This document shows, piece by piece, positions 45,217 to 55,058 of a stretch of 64,000 bases of DNA (its first letter is position 1; each line of letters begins with the position of its first letter). Source of the DNA: Hyaloraphidium curvatum SAG 235-1 (lineage: Eukaryota > Fungi > Monoblepharomycota). Made by a program: the position numbers and the translations under genes. The notes beneath the pieces are model-generated. The model saw nothing but the letters and a program-made list of their open reading frames with translations. It was not told where the DNA came from and searched no databases. The DNA lies in NCBI GenBank assembly GCA_025558095.1, contig JAIVFI010000006.1:845728-909727 (forward strand). Direction: 5' to 3'.

Positions 45217-48200
45217 ATGGACGCGCTGGAGGCCGAGCTCGAGCGGCTCCTCGGCGATGCGGCTGCGGCGGCCGCGCTGCCGCTTGTGCTGCGCGATGGG
45301 CCCGGCGGGCGGGAGGCCGCGGCCCCGCCGGCGGTGCGTCGCCCCCGATCCCCCGCCCGCCATAGCTGACCATCTCAATCCGCCCCTCCGCCGCCTCACC
45401 CCCTCTCCCCTCGACGCAATCGTCCTGCTGCATGTTGTGTGTGCGCGATCGGCCGGTCAGAACCGCGAGTTCCACGCCGTCCTCGCCGCGCTGGCCGACT
45501 GGCAGCTCCGCGCCGCCGCCGCCGACCCGGGCGACATCGCGACCCCCGCCGGCCTCGCCGCCCTCGACAGGATGTCCGCCCTCGTGGACGCCGCGCTGGA
45601 CGCCGCGGAGGCGCTCGAGAGCCTGAAGGACGGCAGCGGCGTGCAGGTGGTGCTGCAGCGGCTGGCCACGGTCGGCAAGACCGCAAGCGCGCAGGGGGTG
45701 CAGCAGGTTGCCGGCGCCGCCGCCAGGCCCCCGGAGGACGCGGTGCCCGCGCAAGAACCTCCGGTGGCCGCCCAAGTCCCGGCCCCGGCCCCGCACCCCC
45801 AACCGACCCCGGAACCCGACCCCGACGCCCCCCCCGCCCCCCCACCCCGCGGCTCCTCCGCCTCGCGACGCACCCCCCGCCCGCTCCCCTCCCCACCCCT
45901 CCCCGCCCCGCAACCCCCCTCGCCCACCGACGACGCCCCCCCCGCCCCCCCTCCCCGCTCGCTCACCCCGCCCTCCGCCCCGCCCCGCACGCCCACCGAC
46001 CCCGCACGCACGCCCACCTCCCCCTCCGTCGGCCTCCCCTCCTTCCCGGACCCCGAGCCCCCGACGCCCATCGCCGACGCCCCGGCGCCCCCGCCGCGCT
46101 CCGCATCCCCCTCGCACCTCGACCCCGCCGCCGCCGCCGCGCTGTCCCTCGCCCGCGCGAGGGACGCGCAGGCCAGGCGCGCCGCCTCGCTCGCCCGCCA
46201 GGCGGCCGAGCAGAAGGCCGCGGGGGAGGAAGCGAGGCGGAGGGAGGAGGAGGAGATCGAGAGGAGGGCGGTGGCAGCGAGGAGGGCGAGGGAGATGCTG
46301 GCCGCCGAGCTGCCCGCCGTCGCCGCCGCGGAGGGACCGGGTGGGGGGGCGGCGGAGGCGCGGAGGAGGAGGATCGAGGAGGCGAAGAAGGCCGCGGAGG
46401 AGGCGAGGAGGGCGCGGGAGGAGGAGCGGAGGAGGGCGGAGGAGGAGGAGGTGGAGCGTGCCCGGGTCGCGGAGCAGGAGAGGGTCGCCGAAGAGGCGCG
46501 GAGGGACGGGGAGGCACGCGCGGCCGAGTACGCGCGGATCGCCGAGGACGCGCGGGTCGAGCGGGAGAGGCTGCTTTCCGAGGAGCGGGCGCGGGCGGAG
46601 GAAGAGAGGCGCAGGGCGGAGGAGGAGCGGATCGCGGAGGAGGCGCGGTTGGAGGAGGAAAGGATACGGGTGGAGGAGGAGAGGAGGGAGGAGGAGGAGA
46701 GGTTGGCGGAGGAGGCGAGGAAGGTCGAGGAGGAGAGGTTGAGGAGGATCGAGGAAGAAGCCAGGATCGCCGAGGAGAAGCGCCTGGCGGAGGACAGGCG
46801 CCGCAAGGAGGAGGAAGCCCGCCGGGCGGCGGAGGAGGCAAGGCTGGCCAGGATCGCGGAGGAGGCGAGGATCGCCGAGGAGAGGCGGATCGCGGAGGAA
46901 GCCCGGCTGGCGAGGATCGAGGAAGAAGCGAGGATCGCCGAGGAGCAACGGCTGGCCGACCAACGCCGCCGCGCGGAGGAAGCACGCAAGGCGGAAGAGG
47001 CGCGCAAGGCCGCCGAGGAGGCCAGGATTGCGGAGGAGAAGCGGATCGCGGAGGAAAGGCGCGTGGCGGAGGAAATGCGCCTCGCGGAGGAACGGCGCCT
47101 CGCGGAGGAGGCCAGGATCGCGGAGGAACGGAGGATCGCGGAGGAACGCCGGATCGCGGAGGAACGACCGGTCGCGGAGGAACGGCGCGTCGCGGAAGAA
47201 GCCCGGATCGCCGAGCAGGCACGGATCGAGCAGGCGCGGATCGAGCAGGCCCGGATCCTCGAGCAGGCGCGCCTCGCCGAGGAAGCCCGCCTCGCCGAGG
47301 AAGCCCGCCTCGCCGAGCAGGCGCGGATCGCCGAGGAGGAGCGGCTCTGGGTGGAACAAGAGACCCGCCGCGCCGCCGAGGCCGAAGCCAGGCGCAGGGC
47401 CGAGGCCGCGGAGCAGCTCCGCCAGGCCGAAGTCGCACGGCGCGCGCAGGAGCGCGCGGAGGAGGAGGCGCGCGTGGCGGCGGCGGCGATCGCGGCGCAG
47501 GAGGAGCGGCGCCGCCGGAAGGAGGCGGAGGAAAGGGCGGCGATGGAACGGGCGGCCGAGGCGGAGAGGGCGAAGGAGGAGGCGAGGAGGAGGGAGGAGG
47601 AGAGGTGGAAGGCGGAGCAGGCCAAGCTGGCGCAGGAAAAGGCGCGGCAGGCGGCCGAGGCGCAGCGCAGGGCCGAGGCGGAGGAGCGGCAGAGGCAGGA
47701 GGAGGAGGAGACGGCGCGGCGGGAGGCGGCGGAGCGGCGGGCGGCGCTGGACGGGGCCGAGGCGGAGCGCAGGGCGAGGGAGCAGGCGGCCGCCGCCAAC
47801 CCGCCCCCTCCGCCGGAAGTGCAGCAGCTGTTCCAGGAGATCATGGCCAAGCGCGCGGAGCAGCCCCGGATGGGACCCAAGGACCAGGTGGGTTGCGACC
47901 GGCCGGCCCGCCGGTGCCGTTGCTGATTTGCGACCGCCCGTTGCAGCTCGACCAGGCGACAAACTGGTACAACCGCTCCCTGAAAATCTCCGTCCCCAAC
48001 CCGCACCTGGCCGCGCAGCTCAACGGTATGCTCTCGGGCGAGGCCTTCCAGTGGCTCCTCGCCCTCACGCAGGACCCCTCCCGGCCCCCGTTCCCGCCGG
48101 CCTCGCTGTTCCTCGCCGACGTGTACCTCTCCCGCGCGGCGGCGCAGCCCGAGTTCTTTGGCAACGCGTTCGTGCTCCTCGAGCGGGCGGCGAGGGAGAC

Positions 48201-48330
48201 GGGGGACAGGCAGTGCTGCGAGAAGGCGGCGGGGATGATGGAGAAGGGGTGGCCGGGGATGGCAAAGGACAAGAAGAAGGCCAAGGAGATCATGTCGTGG
48301 CGGGGCAAGGGGGCCGCGAAGGGCAGGTAG
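45217..48330 (+). CDS. BAG-like N-terminal domain + Pro-rich linker + long E/R/A helical repeat + SEL1-like C-terminus, 2 introns
   Basis: Introns 45334-45460 and 47888-47946 give one frame. The C-terminus CCEKAAGMMEKG..DKKKAKEI matches that of the gene at 55059-57618. Confidence 0.75.
46530..47345 (+). repeat. Coding minisatellite: R(I/L/V)AEE(A/R/K) hexapeptide (18-bp) repeats
   Basis: Recurrent CGGATCGCGGAGGA-type units. Confidence 0.85.
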
Positions 48331-48715
48331 TTGTGCTCTTGGATTTGGCTTGCGGTCGCCGTCTGCGATCCGTCGGCAGCATGACGGTTTCTAGTACGCG
48401 CTAGCTTTCTACGATAAAATAAACCGCGTACGGGAGGCCGTAGCACGTGCCACTTCTTGGTCGCGGAAAAGTCGCTTCCAGGGTGGACCCTGTTGATGGG
48501 GCACCTTCCGGCTGCCGACCCGGCCACATACCTCGGACACAAATTGGCAAGCCCGTGCGCTCCTCCTGGGCGAATAGCGGCTGCCACTGCCCGGCCTCCG
48601 GTTTAGGTCTGCGTTTGGGTGGCCGATGACGCCTGCGGGCGGCAAATCGTCGGGGGGGCGGTGCCCAGGCCGCGTCCCTGTGCGGCCCGCCCCCCGACCG
48701 GATTTTCACCGCGCC

Positions 48716-51100
48716 ATGGGGTCACCGGAGGAGGACGGCGCGCCGGGGCCCGGTGCGGACCCGCCGCCCACGCGCGCGGAGCTGGCCGCCGGCGCCGAGG
48801 CGCTGTTTGCCGGGCTGCAGAACATTGGCATCGGGCTGCACCGCGCGACGTTCGCGGAGCGGATGCGCGCGGCGCCCGACGCGCGCCGGCCGGGCAAAGT
48901 GTGGGCGCTGTGCGGGCAGCCGCTGGTGGCCGCCACGATGGGGATGCTCGGCGTGCAGCTGCCGGTGCGCGGCGGCGATCTGCGGCTCGCGGGGAGGGCG
49001 GAGGCGCACTGGCGGGCGCTGCTGGCGGGGGAGCTGGCCGCCTTCCGCGATCGCGCGTCGGGCGGGATTAATCACCGGACGGGCAACGCCGGGGGCCGGC
49101 ACGCCGCGGAGGGGCTGCAGACGGCCGAGACGCTCGCGCTGCTCTATGCCCTCGTGCTGCCCGCCTTCATGGGCCACCTCGTCGCGGGCTCGCTGCTCGA
49201 CGCCCGCCGGCTGCTGGCACACGCGGCCGACGTCGTGCGCGCCGCCGGCCTGCCCCCGGAGGCGTTCGTCGGCAACCCGCTGCCGGAAGACGCCGACGGC
49301 TGGCTGTACATGCAGCACTGGCTCGACGCCGCCTCCAACTTCATGGTCGCCGACGCCGGGTGCGCCGCCGTGGACAGGCTGCCGCTGACCGTCGACTGGC
49401 CGCGCGAGTTCCCGGGCCTGCGGCTGCGGGCGCCGCTCGTGAGGGTGGCCATGCTGCCCCCGCCTGCGCCCGGGGACCCCGCGCCGGAAGAGCTGGCCAA
49501 GCTGCTAGACGGCATCTCTTTCGGCGAGGCGTGGGGCTGGCTGGACCCCGACTCGGCGTTCTCCCCCCCGGAACCGGGCGACGAGCGGCACGCGCACGTG
49601 CTCCGCGAGACGGTGGGGAACCCGGGCCGGAACGGTTTCTTTGCCATCAGCATGATGGTGCTGTTCCTCGAGCTCCACTGGAACAGGTTCGAGGCGTACC
49701 TGGGGGATGCCGGGCTGGACGTCGTGGACCTCGTCGTCGCGGACGATTCCGAGCGGAGGAACGGGGCGGACGGACCCAACGGAGCTGAATCGAGCGCCCA
49801 TTTGTCGCCTGACGACGCGGCCCGCCTGGACGACGCGCTGCACAACCCGCGCTTCCCCGAGGCCGACCGCCGGTGGCGCTACCTGCGCTCGGCCGCCGCG
49901 CAGGTCGAGGCCGCGCTCCCTCCGCCCCTCCGCGCCGCCGAAGCCCAGGGCTGGGACGTCGACGCGTGCCTCGCCCTCGCCCCGCCGGGGTTCCCGCCGA
50001 TGTTCGCGCTGTTCCTCCTGGGGGTCGCAGCGGCGATCAAGCGCATCTCGATGCTGCTCATCTCCCCGCCGCCATTCGCGGAGCTCCTCGGCCCCAACCG
50101 CACCTCCGCCCTCTCCCGCGGCTCATCCGGCTCGGACGACCTCTCCTCCGACTCGGACCGCACCCCCTCCGTGGAACGCCGCCTCACCCTGTGGCTTTCC
50201 ACCTCGGCCTTCGCCTCCGCCTCGCGCACCGCGGCCTCGCTCGCCGCCCTCGCCCGCATGGTCGTCGGCCAATTCCGCCCGCAGCTCGCTGGGCAATCCT
50301 ACACGGCCGGACTGGACCGCGCCGCGGCGTTCGCCGCGTGGTTCTCGGTCATGGTCCTGCGCCGCTTCCCGTCGGCCTTTGCCGGCGCACCCGAAAGCGC
50401 CTACCCGGCCGCCGCCGCCCTGCACTCGGCCCTGCACGCCGACGCCCGCGCGTGCCTCGAGCTCCTGCGCACCGCCGACAGGGCGGAGCACGAGCCCGTG
50501 CGGGTGCTGCTGGGCGCGCTGCTGGACGGGGAGGAGCTCAGGTTGTCGCGGAGGGACGTGCAGATGCTCGCGCTGGCCAAGCGGGCGGTCGGCGGGAAAT
50601 GCAGGCACGGAGTGCGGGTGGGCGGGGGGGAGTGCTGGGCGTGCGCGGCGAGGGATGCGAGGAGGAGGGGTGCGGGGGAGCGGGGGGGGAGGGGGAGCGA
50701 GGTCCATCCCGTTGGGGACGACGGGAACGAGACGGCGTCTTCCTCGGAGGGGGAGCCGGAGGCGTTGGAGGACGGGCCGTACCGCCTCCCCTCCCTCCCC
50801 GAACCCGATCGCCCCCCTCCCCCGCGCCCCGCCCCCGCCGTTCCCCGGGGCATCCTCCGCCCGCCCTCCTCCCCGCCTTCCCACTCCTCCCGCTCTACGT
50901 CGTCCGGCCCCCGCGCGCCGGAGAAGCGCGTGCGGTTCCGGCCCGCCGTGCTCGTGGGCACGACGCATGCGCCGGAGGACTACCCCGCGCGGTCGGCGCG
51001 GGCGCCGTTCGAGCCGGGGTTGGAGGTCGGGTGGGCGCCGATGGCGGGGGGGCTGAAGCTGGCGGAGATGCTGGAGCAGAGGGGGGGAGGGGGGTCGTGA
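48716..51100 (+). CDS. Large helical hypothetical protein, possibly related to fungal transcription-factor middle regions; RVxF motif near the C-terminus
   Basis: Long intronless ORF with host codon usage; KRVRF..VGTTHAPEDY. Confidence 0.65.
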   Translation: MGSPEEDGAPGPGADPPPTRAELAAGAEALFAGLQNIGIGLHRATFAERMRAAPDARRPGKVWALCGQPLVAATMGMLGVQLPVRGGDLRLAGRAEAHWRALLAGELAAFRDRASGGINHRTGNAGGRHAAEGLQTAETLALLYALVLPAFMGHLVAGSLLDARRLLAHAADVVRAAGLPPEAFVGNPLPEDADGWLYMQHWLDAASNFMVADAGCAAVDRLPLTVDWPREFPGLRLRAPLVRVAMLPPPAPGDPAPEELAKLLDGISFGEAWGWLDPDSAFSPPEPGDERHAHVLRETVGNPGRNGFFAISMMVLFLELHWNRFEAYLGDAGLDVVDLVVADDSERRNGADGPNGAESSAHLSPDDAARLDDALHNPRFPEADRRWRYLRSAAAQVEAALPPPLRAAEAQGWDVDACLALAPPGFPPMFALFLLGVAAAIKRISMLLISPPPFAELLGPNRTSALSRGSSGSDDLSSDSDRTPSVERRLTLWLSTSAFASASRTAASLAALARMVVGQFRPQLAGQSYTAGLDRAAAFAAWFSVMVLRRFPSAFAGAPESAYPAAAALHSALHADARACLELLRTADRAEHEPVRVLLGALLDGEELRLSRRDVQMLALAKRAVGGKCRHGVRVGGGECWACAARDARRRGAGERGGRGSEVHPVGDDGNETASSSEGEPEALEDGPYRLPSLPEPDRPPPPRPAPAVPRGILRPPSSPPSHSSRSTSSGPRAPEKRVRFRPAVLVGTTHAPEDYPARSARAPFEPGLEVGWAPMAGGLKLAEMLEQRGGGGS

Positions 51101-51261
51101 CGGGTCGCGTCCGTTGGAGGGCGAGAAGCGATCGTGACCACGTCCCCTGTTGAGCCCCGGCTGCAATACAATGGAAACCCAACCACAGACCCGTACCAAT
51201 AGCCCCATCCGTCCAACTCCCCCGGCAGATCCAACCCCTACGCGCCGTCGTCGTCGTCCCC

Positions 51262-52668
51262 TCAAAGCCCCCTGACGAACGCCTCCACGTCCCCCGCCAG
51301 CTCCGCCGGCCTGTGCATGGCGAAAAAGTGCCCGCCCGTCGGGAACGTGGTGTGCCGGCGCAGGTCGGGGAACTTGTTGGGCAGGAACGCCCGGGGCACG
51401 CGCACGATCTCGCCGACGACGTCCGCCACCGCCGCGGGGCCGGGGATCACGGCGCGGGCGGAGAGGAGGAACGCGGCGGGATCGCGGAAGTTGGCAGAGT
51501 AGTACCGCGCCGAGGAGAGCCCGGTGCGGGTGACGTGGTACAGCGTGACGTCGTCGAGGATGTGCTCCCACCTGGCCTCGACGTCCCTGCCCTGCTCGTG
51601 CGGCGGCGCCCACGCGTAGAACTTTTCCACGATCCAGGCGAGCAGCCCCGCGGGGGAATCGTCCAGCGCCGCGCCGATCGTGCGGGGCTTGGTGGCCTGC
51701 TCGTGGAAGTAGCCCATCTCCTGAAGGATGTAGAGGTAGAATGCGCCCACGGTCTTGTAGCGCCCGTTGTTGGTCAGGCGGTCCATGTCGTCGGGCGTGG
51801 CGATCCAGCGGCCGAGGGAGAAGTAAACCGCGGGTGCGAGCGGGCCGCCGAGCCACCAGGGTCCTTCGAAGCCGAAGAGGAAGTTGACGTGGGTTCCGAT
51901 GAGCTTGAACGCCGGTTGGGCGTCCTGCGCGACGAGCTGCGCGATGGCGGCGACCACCCCCGAGCCGTAGTCGCCGCCCTGGGTGACCACGCCGCCCGGA
52001 TGGGGGCCCAGGTGCACGAGCACGTCGATGAAGGTGCGCGCGGCATCGACGAAGGAAAAGTCGTGCCGGTGCGGCCGGGTGCCGGGGCCGAAGCCGGGGA
52101 GCGAGGCGACGACGACGCGGAAGCCCTTGGAGGCGAGCATCGGGCCGGCCTCGGCAAACTCGACGAAGGAGCCCGGCCAGCCGTGCACGAGGAGGGCGGT
52201 GGGCGTGGAGGCGTTTGCGGCGGGGGGGTCGATCACGACGCAGTGCACCCAGAGGCCGCGGGCGCGCACGAGCACGTGGCGACCCATCGCCTGAAGGGCA
52301 ACCCTCCTAGAAGGCCAATCGTAGTCGTCGAGCCACTTGCGGACCCATTTTTCGAGGCTGGCGCGGGGGGCGCCCAGCCCGGTCCACCCGTCCTCGTCCT
52401 GCCCGACAGTGGATTCCGCCCGGGCCAGCCACCGCTTGAGCTGGGCCTTGAGGTCGTCGACGTCTCCTAAGGGTAGCTGGAAATCCACCACCGTGCCCTC
52501 TTTGGCGTCGCCCGGATCGCCGTGCAGCATCGTGCCCGTCCACACCCGGCGGTCTTCGGGGTCGCGCGGCACCGCCGTGTGCGGCGGCGCGGACAGCACG
52601 CGCGGCAGCACGCCGACGGTGATTGCGGCGAGGGCGCCGAGCGCGGCGACGACGGTCAGCGGGCGCAT
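51262..52668 (-). CDS. Microsomal-type epoxide hydrolase
   Basis: N-terminal anchor; YDW; LLVHGWPGSFVEF; SLPGFG; QGGDYG; DSPAGLLAWIVEKF; GGHFFA. Confidence 0.93.
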   Translation of the reverse strand: MRPLTVVAALGALAAITVGVLPRVLSAPPHTAVPRDPEDRRVWTGTMLHGDPGDAKEGTVVDFQLPLGDVDDLKAQLKRWLARAESTVGQDEDGWTGLGAPRASLEKWVRKWLDDYDWPSRRVALQAMGRHVLVRARGLWVHCVVIDPPAANASTPTALLVHGWPGSFVEFAEAGPMLASKGFRVVVASLPGFGPGTRPHRHDFSFVDAARTFIDVLVHLGPHPGGVVTQGGDYGSGVVAAIAQLVAQDAQPAFKLIGTHVNFLFGFEGPWWLGGPLAPAVYFSLGRWIATPDDMDRLTNNGRYKTVGAFYLYILQEMGYFHEQATKPRTIGAALDDSPAGLLAWIVEKFYAWAPPHEQGRDVEARWEHILDDVTLYHVTRTGLSSARYYSANFRDPAAFLLSARAVIPGPAAVADVVGEIVRVPRAFLPNKFPDLRRHTTFPTGGHFFAMHRPAELAGDVEAFVRGL

Positions 52669-53006
52669 TTGGACGCGATGCGGAGGGGGAGACGGTCGCG
52701 CGATGGTTCCCGGACGCGAACTGGCGGCAAACCCTGACGCGACTCGAGTGCGACTTGCCGCCAACGGCAACGTCTTGTATCCTACGATTTTTGCCGGATG
52801 GCAACATCGCCTTCGGTCTGTCTTGCCATAGGTGGCATTGGCGGGTAGTGGCGGGTAGGGGGAGGGCGCAACGCGGGACGGGGCCGCCCGACTCGTTCGG
52901 GTACTCTCAAGCGCCCAAAGCGCCAAGGCATCCGTGTATTGAGTCCATGTTCCCCATGGGTGTGCAACCATCCATCTCCACGAGCGTAACCCCTCGCACC
53001 CCCCAA

Positions 53007-54843
53007 TCACGCCTGCTCCGAAAACACCAGCGCGTCCGTGCCGACCGTCGCTGGGACGCTCGTGCACTTCCACCGGGTCCCGGCCCACTCGGCACCCCCC
53101 GACACGGGGACCACCGCCCCCGCCGCGTCCGAGCCGGCCGGCATGTCGGCCGTCCTCGCCCACGCGCCGGCGGAGGCGGCGTAGAGCCCGGAGTTGACCC
53201 GTCGCAGGCGTCGATCGCCAGCACGCGGTCGCCGGCCGAGAGGGGGACGTTGTCCGCGGTCGGGAGGCCGGATGCGGGCCCGGGGAAAACGGGGGTCAGG
53301 AGCGGCGAAGGCGGGGCAAAGTTCGCCAACTCGACGGTGAGCAGCTTCGGGGCGAAGGAGGCGTCGCCGTACGCGGAATCCAGGGGTGTGTCCGGCGCGG
53401 CGAAGGCGTTGTTGCCGGCGTACAGCCCGCCCGCGGGGGTGCCCAGGGTCCCGGCCGCCGAGGAGGTGAAGAAAAGGGCACCCTTCTCGGCACCAGAGGT
53501 GCGGGAGCCGAAGGTGTTGCCTTTTGCGTAGAGGAGGTTGAAGAAGGAGAGGGGCTCCACTCCGGACGAGCCGGCGAAGGGTTCGGGGACGTCTTCGGAA
53601 GAAAAGAGCGCCCCGGCGGCGGCGTAAAAGAGGCATGGGGACGAGGCGTACGGTACGGAAAAGTCGTTGTTGACGAGGTAGAGCGAAAACTCGCCGCCGT
53701 TGCCCGGGTTTCCCACCGCGCCGGGCTGCCTGAACATGCCGGTGGCATCGAGATACACCCGCGGTGCGCCGGCAGAGGTGATCGAGTTGCCAGAAACGAC
53801 GAACTTGCCTTTCCACCCCGTGGTATAGGAAGCCCCGCGCGGGCCGGCGGCGTTGAGCGCGAGCCCGATGAGGCGGGACGCCTGCGACGGGGCGACAAAG
53901 GTGTTGTCGGCCGCGAACGACTCCCCCGTGCTGCCGTAGGGTGCCAGCGCCCGGATCGTGGCTCCAGGTGTGTCGCTGTTGGGATTGAAGGTGCATCCGC
54001 GCACGACCCAGGAGGCAGCGTCGATGCTGACGCCCATCTTGGGGTAGGTAAAGGTGCAGCCCGCGATGTAGATCCCGGGCGATCCGTCCGGCGTGGCCTC
54101 CTGCATCGTGGCGGCTGTGATGCACGCCGACAGCCCGTTCGCGTCGCCCGAGGCAACCTGATAGTTGGCAATTTGGAGGTCGTGGATGTAGACAGGGCCC
54201 GAGCCGGGCGCGATGGTAATCACGGAAGTGAGACTGTCGCGCCGAACGATGCAGCCCGACCCCGTGCCGAAGATCTCCAGGCTCTTGGAGACGGAGACCG
54301 CCGCGCCCTCGACGATGGTCCCCTCGAGCACCTGGATCCGGTCCCCCGGCGACGCGGCGGCGACGGCGTCCGAGAGCGTGGCGTAGGTGCCGCCCGTGCC
54401 GGCGGTGATCAAGGTGCCCGTGAAGCTCGGGGGCGAGGGCATCGCCGACACCGCCACGCACGGGTCGTGGAGGAACCTCGCGGCGACGGGATCCTTGTCG
54501 GGCCCGGCGTACCGCCTGTAGAGAGACCGGAAGTCTTCCGAGTCGCCATAGTCGACGCAGGCGACGGAGCCTTGCGGCGCGTCGGGGAAGGAGAACTCGC
54601 TGCCGGGCGGCGGTCAGCTGCGGGCGGCTCGCGAGGCGAATAACCCCACCAAAACATTCCGTCGTCGCACTCGCTGCAGCTGCGGCTGAAAATGGCGCGT
54701 CTGCGGGGGAACGGTTCAGCGCGGGCGGTGACTCCGCGGCGCGGGACCCACAGGGCGGACGGGGCTGGCGCGGCGGCGGCGGGCGGCGCACACTCAAGAA
54801 CTGCGTGAAGTAGGCCCAGCAAGGCCACCGGAAGGATTCTCAT
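53007..54843 (-). CDS. Secreted beta-helix (pectin-lyase-fold-like) protein with a phage tail-fibre-like C-terminal module; 1 intron and a 1-nt frameshift near 53199
   Basis: Signal peptide; intron 54600-54649; YATLSDAVAAASPGDRIQVLEGT. DNVPLSAGDRVL continues in another frame as VNSGLYAASAGAWARTAD..VGTDALVF. Confidence 0.7.
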
Positions 54844-55058
54844 CTGGGGGAGCGGCGCGATGGCGCACGATGGGGGAAGTGGGGTGGTGACTCCGTGGGC
54901 CTTGGGAACGGCGCGCATATCGGACCTCCAGCCGCCGGCCGGATCCTCACTCGGACGGCGGGGCTATTCGTACAACCGAGCGACCCCCGTTCCATGCCAA
55001 GACCCATCCCCGATCCTTCTCCAGCCCTTCCCGCTACAGTCCCGAACCCCGTTCGCAA

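Noticed and set aside
45334-45460. Stwintron or hidden microexon explaining the long introns
   Set aside because: There is no AG after the branch site, and the 59966-60092 intron also has no GT after it, so nested canonical introns cannot be built.
46530-47345. CRISPR-like array
   Set aside because: The repeats are in-frame coding units without unique spacers, and the context is eukaryotic.
43709-48404. Very long overlapping ORFs (1417, 963, 849 aa and others)
   Set aside because: Alternative-frame and antisense shadows of the GC-rich E/R/A repeat gene.
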